NCBI RefSeq assembly: GCF_001194135.2
Contig: NC_068986.1
Coordinates: 77,858,701-77,922,700, forward strand
Reading direction: 5' to 3'
DNA from: Octopus bimaculoides
Lineage: Eukaryota
DNA length: 64,000 nt
The position numbers were made by a program, and so were the translations under genes. The notes beneath the pieces were generated by a model that was not told the DNA's origin, made no database searches, and worked only from the letters and a program-made list of their open reading frames with translations. Positions 63,705-64,000 of the stretch are shown piece after piece (the stretch's first letter is position 1; the number at the start of each line of letters is the position of its first letter).

Positions 63705-64000
63705 AAGCTGTGGCTGTGTAGTAAGAAACTTGCTTCCAACCACATAATTCCAGGTTCAGTCCCATTGCGTGGCACCTTGGGCAAATGTCTTCTACTATAG
63801 CCTCAGGCTGGCCAAAGCCTTGTGAGTGGATTTGGTAGAAACGGAAAGAAGCTTGTCTCACACACACATACACACACACACACACACATGTTTATATACA
63901 TATCTATGTGTGTATGTCTTTCTGTCTGTGTTTGTCCTTCCTTCACTGCTTCACAACATGTGTTGGTGAGTTTACATCCCTGTAACTTAGCAGTCTGGCA
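63705..64000 (+). mobile_element. tRNA-derived SINE with internal (CA)n
   Basis: A-box-like TGGCTGTGTAGTAAG and B-box-like GGTTCAGTCCC; same family as 19560-19880. Confidence 0.75.

Overview
AT-rich, microsatellite- and SINE-dense animal genomic DNA. The repeat make-up points to an octopus (inference). The window lies inside one large minus-strand gene for a T-type voltage-gated calcium channel (Cav3, CACNA1G/H/I family). Only two coding exons were found, both in domain II: 42534-42685 (S1-S3, 152 bp) and 34556-34741 (S3-S4-S5, 186 bp). They are joined in frame across a 7.8 kb GT-AG intron. The next exon (domain II turret, exon 12a/12b in molluscs) was not found in the remaining 34.5 kb. The rest is intron filled with relics of RTE and R4/Dong-type LINEs, several SINE families, a mariner, hAT and piggyBac-like MITEs, a Helentron-associated HINE, simple repeats and seven N gaps. 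The main unexpected signal is a set of about 8 type I hammerhead-ribozyme motifs with unrelated sequences. They share a very short, usually palindromic helix III, and several lie in the sense strand of the channel pre-mRNA. Three sit in short elements preceded by an inverted copy of their own 3' end, a Penelope-like architecture. A pre-miRNA-shaped hairpin at 19140-19218 is a second candidate. All structures were read by eye; no folding or database searches were run, and most repeat boundaries are approximate.
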